From assembly GCA_965205025.1 (NCBI GenBank), contig CBDBFU010000017.1, positions 1 through 12,795 on the forward strand: a DNA stretch of 12,795 bases, read 5' to 3'. This DNA comes from Candidatus Poribacteria bacterium (GTDB taxonomy: Bacteria > Poribacteria > WGA-4E > WGA-3G). The translations under genes and the position numbers were made by a program. Of this stretch, positions 8,656-12,795 are shown in pieces (within the stretch, counting starts at the first letter, position 1; each line of letters starts with the position of its first letter). Below the pieces are notes generated by a model that searched no databases, was not told the DNA's origin, and saw only the letters and a list, made by a program, of their open reading frames with translations.

Positions 8656-8782
8656 CAAGAAGTATTTACTCTGATTATAAAATTAGACAAGATATTGCAA
8701 ATTGAACGGATTTAATCCATCAACGGTGAATGTTGTATGAACAAATTCGGAGTTTAATTCTACCAAGTGATACTTAATCAGA

Positions 8783-9385
8783 TTATACATCATTTAAACA
8801 CTGTTGTACTATATCACGGTAAGTTTCTAATCCTTGTGTCTCTAAACCCTTTACTTTAGCAAGATCGTCCCACTTTCGTAATGTAAGTGCATCTTTGTAA
8901 TGTGGAATTTCCTCAAATGCTGCTTTTTCTGCATCGGACATTATTCCTCCCTGAACTTTCAAACTCTTCTTAGAGGCATCAGATAGACCATCATGGTAGG
9001 AATCATCAACAGTACATAAATACCTTTTGGCAGGGACATGGAGTCGTATCGGTGTTATAACAGAATCTGGGAAAAACGGACTCATATATTCTGCTCCTAC
9101 CTCTTCATGGTTTAAATCTATATCCAAAAAAGCAATATCCGCATTGTGTTCATCCAGTACAAAGTGTCCGATATCATGCAATAATGCTCCAGTGATTACC
9201 GTTGGACTTGCGTTGTTTTTCTGTGCTAAAGCTGCACATTGTAGGGCATGTTCTAACTGTGTAACTACCTCATCATAAAACGTCTGTCCCTTCTTTTTCA
9301 TGTAGGTAAACAGTATGTCAACCTGTTCTTTTGATGAAACGTCTGTCATATCTTCTGCGAGTGTAGGGTCAATGAGATTTTGCAT
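8783..9385 (-). CDS. phnZ: HD-domain diiron oxygenase, PhnZ/TmpB-like (phosphonate C-P cleavage)
   Basis: VTQLEHALQCA, ALLHDIGH, HEEVGA, LHVPAKRYL, LSDASKKSLKVQGG and LRKWDDLAK are PhnZ-family motifs. Overlaps the 3' end of the upstream dioxygenase. Confidence 0.8.
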   Translation of the reverse strand: MQNLIDPTLAEDMTDVSSKEQVDILFTYMKKKGQTFYDEVVTQLEHALQCAALAQKNNASPTVITGALLHDIGHFVLDEHNADIAFLDIDLNHEEVGAEYMSPFFPDSVITPIRLHVPAKRYLCTVDDSYHDGLSDASKKSLKVQGGIMSDAEKAAFEEIPHYKDALTLRKWDDLAKVKGLETQGLETYRDIVQQCLNDV

Positions 9386-10182
9386 TTTTTATAGATTTTC
9401 CTTGAAAATGTGCGATTTTACTTATTTGTTCGTCTCGGTTTGTTCCGTCTTTTGCATATTCTGTAAAGGCTTGACGTTTATCGTCATAATACTTCTTCCG
9501 CCAATCACCTTGAGATATTGGGTTGTAGGTGAGATAGATAATTCGTCTCGGTTCATGTGATCTGTTGGGTGGACTCTTGTGTGGAATGTAGGAACCAAAT
9601 AGGAGTATATCTCCAGGATCCGTTGGTACAGGAGTCCATGTCATCGTCTCTGCTGTCTCAGGAGAGACACAACCTTTCTCGTCAAGCGCGATAAAACCTT
9701 CTTGATGTCTACCTGATGCAAAAATATAGACACCCACTTTCTGGTGTTGATGCATCCACGGAAATTAAACATGTAATATGAAAATCAACAAATTCGTAGG
9801 CAGGAGCATCCTGATGTGCAGCATAACCACCTCCCCCAGGATATTTATAGTTGATTTTCTCTTTATAAAGTATGGCTGGTTCTGTCATCACTTCAGAAAC
9901 AACATCTATTACTTTTCCACTGGTAACAGTATTTTTCAATTTTTCATGATACGGAACAAAGTTCTCTGATCGAGAAAGTCGCGCCCCATCAGGTGTTGAT
10001 TCATAATGATGCATCCATTTATCAGATGTATTTTCCCATGTTGTGATGTTTGAAACCCAACTCTGTAGATCATTTACTTCATCAGCATTGAAGAAACCAG
10101 ATAGCTTCAAATATCCGTTGTTTCCCAGTCTTGATGTTGAGAGGAATTCAGGTATGCCATCTTCCGATCCTAATTGGTTCAT
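9369..10182 (-). CDS. phnY: Fe(II)/2-oxoglutarate dioxygenase of the PhyH family, PhnY-like; 1 clear apparent frameshift
   Basis: NGYLKLSGFF, LYKEKINYKYPGGGGYAAHQDA (HxD), SVDASTPESGCLYF, then PGDILLFGSYIPHKSPPNRSHEPRRIIYLTYN (distal His and Arg). ORFs 9709-10182 and 9369-9755 join by removing one base from the A5 run at 9720-9724. Confidence 0.8.
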
Positions 10183-10190
10183 TCTACTTA

Positions 10191-10219
10191 ATATTATCTT
10201 GAAATAGGTATATTGTCAA
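10191..10219 (-). promoter_or_regulatory. Sigma70-type promoter of phnY-phnZ
   Basis: TTGACA (10219-10214), 17-bp spacer, TAATAT (10196-10191). Confidence 0.6.
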
Positions 10220-10296
10220 ATTATCTAATTACTATATCAATGCAATATACTTAGTATAAATACGACAGTTCAGAAAATTACAACCACTGATAATTG

Positions 10297-10335
10297 AAAA
10301 TAAAAAGGGGTAACTACATAGAGTTACCCCTTTAT
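10297..10335 (-). terminator. Intrinsic terminator of the WD40 gene
   Basis: Minus strand AAAGGGGTAACT-CTATGT-AGTTACCCCTTT followed by TTATTTT, a perfect 12-bp stem about 13 nt after the stop at 10347. Confidence 0.9.
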
Positions 10336-10346
10336 CAATGCTAAGA

Positions 10347-12795
10347 TTACTTGCGTATAATCATCTTGCGTGTTGCTGTGAAATCCCCTGCTGTTAGTGT
10401 ATAGAAGTATAAGCCACTTGATACTGATTCACCTATATTGTTTTTTCCATTCCAAAAGGCAGCTTTGTCTCTTGACTGATACACACCAGCAGAATGAAAT
10501 CCCAGATGAAAATTTCTAACCAATTGACCATCAGAGGAATGTATCTGTATGGTAATATCCCCAGGAATTGCTAATTCAAAAGGAATCCATGTTTCTGGAT
10601 TGAATGGATTTGGATAGTTTGGTAATAAAACTGTCTTTTCAGGTATTAATGTTGCAAGCAGTTGTTCTAAAACCAAAATACCTTGCTGTAATGTAGGATC
10701 GTATAAATTGAGTTCTTTAGCATCTTGTATCCACTGTTCAACTGTAAATCTTGTCAATGTTGTAACATTATCAGGATTCCACTTGGCAGGTGAGGCAGAG
10801 GATGCTCCCATTGCTGCTGCAACTAATGTAAGATCTACTATATCTACTACTTGATCATCGTTGACATCAGCGAGATTATCACCTGTTTCTCCAAAATTTA
10901 ATGCAACTAAGGTTAGATCTTGTATATTAACAACACCGTCACCATTTAGATCGCCTTGTTGAAGAGAAGGTTCAGTAATATGTGTGGATTGAACATAAGC
11001 ATAGGTTTTATTACCAAAGGCGTCTGTCAAACGTACATTAGATAAGGTTATTGTTGAGAATTTGGGTGCAATTACCTCGAATGTGATGTTCGCGAGTGTG
11101 CCAAATCCAAAACTCTCTCCAGACAGTGAAGTGGCAGCAATTGTAATTGTGTTCTCATGTATTTTAGGGTCAATAGTAAACGCCCCCAGATGGAAGAAAA
11201 TTTGCATTATTTGCAATAACATAACGTAAAGCAGAATCATCATATCTAATCATTGCTTGGTAACCTGCTACACTACCTGCATCTTGAATATTCATGGATA
11301 ATGTAATCTGATTCCCAATAGCCGGTGATTGTATTGAAGATGGACTGAAATTAACTGTAGCATAAGATACACTTGAAGGAGTAAAATTCCATAACAATAC
11401 CGAACCATCAGCACTACTGCTGGCAAGAGTATTGCCATCAGGACTTAAATCTACACTAAGAATACCACTTGTGTGTCCAGTCAGTGTCTGTATATTCTCA
11501 CCAGAAACAGAATCCCATACACGGATAGTATGGTCATTACTTCCACTCACGAGAGTATTTCCATCACTACTGAAAATCACACTCCAGATAAGACCTGTAT
11601 GTCCAGTATAGGTTGCCAATTCAACACCAAAAACTGTGTCCCATATACGGACAGTATTATCATCGCTACCACTCGCCAGTATACCTTCTTGTGAACTAAA
11701 TTCAACAGTTCTTATGATATCAGTATGTCCAGTTAGTGTTTTCAGTAATTCTCCTGAAGATACATCCCATAGTCTTATTGTCTCATCAGCACTTCCGGTT
11801 GCAAGCGTCTGTCCATCTGAGCTAAATGAAACACTTAGAACAGAATCAGTATGTTCAGTCAGTGTATGGAGTGCTTCACTAAAATCTGTATTCCAAATTT
11901 TAATTGTTCTATCTTGGCTGGCACTTGCTATTCTTTGCCCATCAGGACTGTATGCGATATCCCAGATCCAATCTGTATGACCTGAAAAAGTCTGTCTATG
12001 TTCGCCTGTAGCTGCATCCCATAATCTGATTGTACCATCGTCACTACCACTGGCAAGTGTTGAACCATCAGGACTATAGACAACACTCCATATCCAATCC
12101 TCATGTCCAACTAACATCTGTTGATGTTCGCCTGTGAGAGCATTCCAGAGATGTATTGTATTATCTGCACCGCTAGTTGCAACAGTACTGCCATCATTGC
12201 TGAATGCAACATCTAATAGATAACTCGTATATCCAGTGATGGTTTGTCTTTGTCCACCGAAAACAGTATCCCATAATCTTACAGTCCCATCACTGCTTGC
12301 ACTTGCAATTGTTCCACCACTTGCATTGTATGAAACACCTATAACGATTCCAGTATGTCCTGTCAATAATTGTTGGGGCTGTCCGGATACAGCATCCCAT
12401 AAGATGACAGAACCGTCACTACTACTACTGGCAATTGTATTACCATTGCGATTATATGAAACACTATATACAAAACCTTCATGTCCAACGAGTTTTTTTG
12501 TTTGTATACCGAACGCTGTATTCCATAGTAGAATTGTTCCATCCCGACTGGCACTTGCAAGTGTAGCTTCAGTTGGACTAAAAGCAACACTATATACTGA
12601 ATCTTCATGACCTGTTAATATGTGGAGTTGTTCACCTGTAGCAACATCCCATATCTGTACAGTGGAATCGAAACTACCAGATGCAAGTGTATCACCATTT
12701 GGACTAAAAGCAACACTTGTCACTGCATCAATATGTCCCGTAAGTGTTTGTGGTTGTCCCCCTATTGTCGTATTCCATAGTTTAATTGTAGTGTC
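10347..12795 (-). CDS. WD40 beta-propeller protein with cohesin-like, dockerin-like and C-terminal FlgD-Ig/T9SS-CTD-like domains; 5'-truncated, 1 apparent frameshift
   Basis: The frame is open from 12795 (DTTIKLWN...LTGHIDAVTSV). Eleven full GH...W[DN] repeats plus a partial one. Cohesin-like region (VAGYQAMIRYDDSALRY...GTLANITFEV), duplicated Ca-binding loops (DLNGDGVVNIQD, DVNDDQVVDIVD) and tail LLPNYPNPFNPETWIPF...SSGLYFYTLTAGDFTATRKMIIRK*. The two ORFs join by removing one base from the C5 run at 11183-11187. Confidence 0.9.

Noticed and set aside
8680-8770. 27-codon minus-strand frame (LVELNSEFVHTTFTVDGLNPFNLQYLV) between phnZ and the direct repeat
   Set aside because: Short, TTG start without an RBS, no motif; cannot be distinguished from chance.
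11473-12610. Plus-strand ORFs (73-124 aa) opposite the WD40 gene and the 126-bp periodicity there
   Set aside because: Antisense shadows of repetitive coding sequence. The periodicity is the 42-aa WD40 repeat, not a CRISPR array or DNA repeat element.

Overview
AT-rich bacterial window with about 10 single-base indels, mostly in homopolymers, that split otherwise intact genes; these are probably long-read consensus errors. Left to right: (1) the 3' part of a large SprA/Sov-like outer-membrane beta-barrel gene (+, <1..2974); (2) intergenic REP-like hairpins; (3) a minus-strand thiamine operon with a sigma70 promoter, TPP riboswitch and attenuator terminator, followed by a ThiX-like permease, ThiY/NMT1-like binding protein, thiO and thiS (no thiG or ABC ATPase in the window); (4) an alpha/beta hydrolase; (5) a separately promoted pair consisting of a DUF3990-like, ADP-ribosyltransferase-fold gene and a 92-aa unknown, with a 15-bp direct repeat next to the -35 box; (6) a PhnY/PhnZ-like oxidative phosphonate-cleavage pair; (7) the 3' part of a WD40-cohesin-dockerin-FlgD/CTD protein gene. 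That last architecture suggests a Poribacteria-like organism (inference). The best novelty candidates are the DUF3990 + small-protein cassette (possible ADP-ribosylating toxin-antitoxin or defence module) and a T9SS-like translocon with putative cargo in a probable non-Bacteroidota host.
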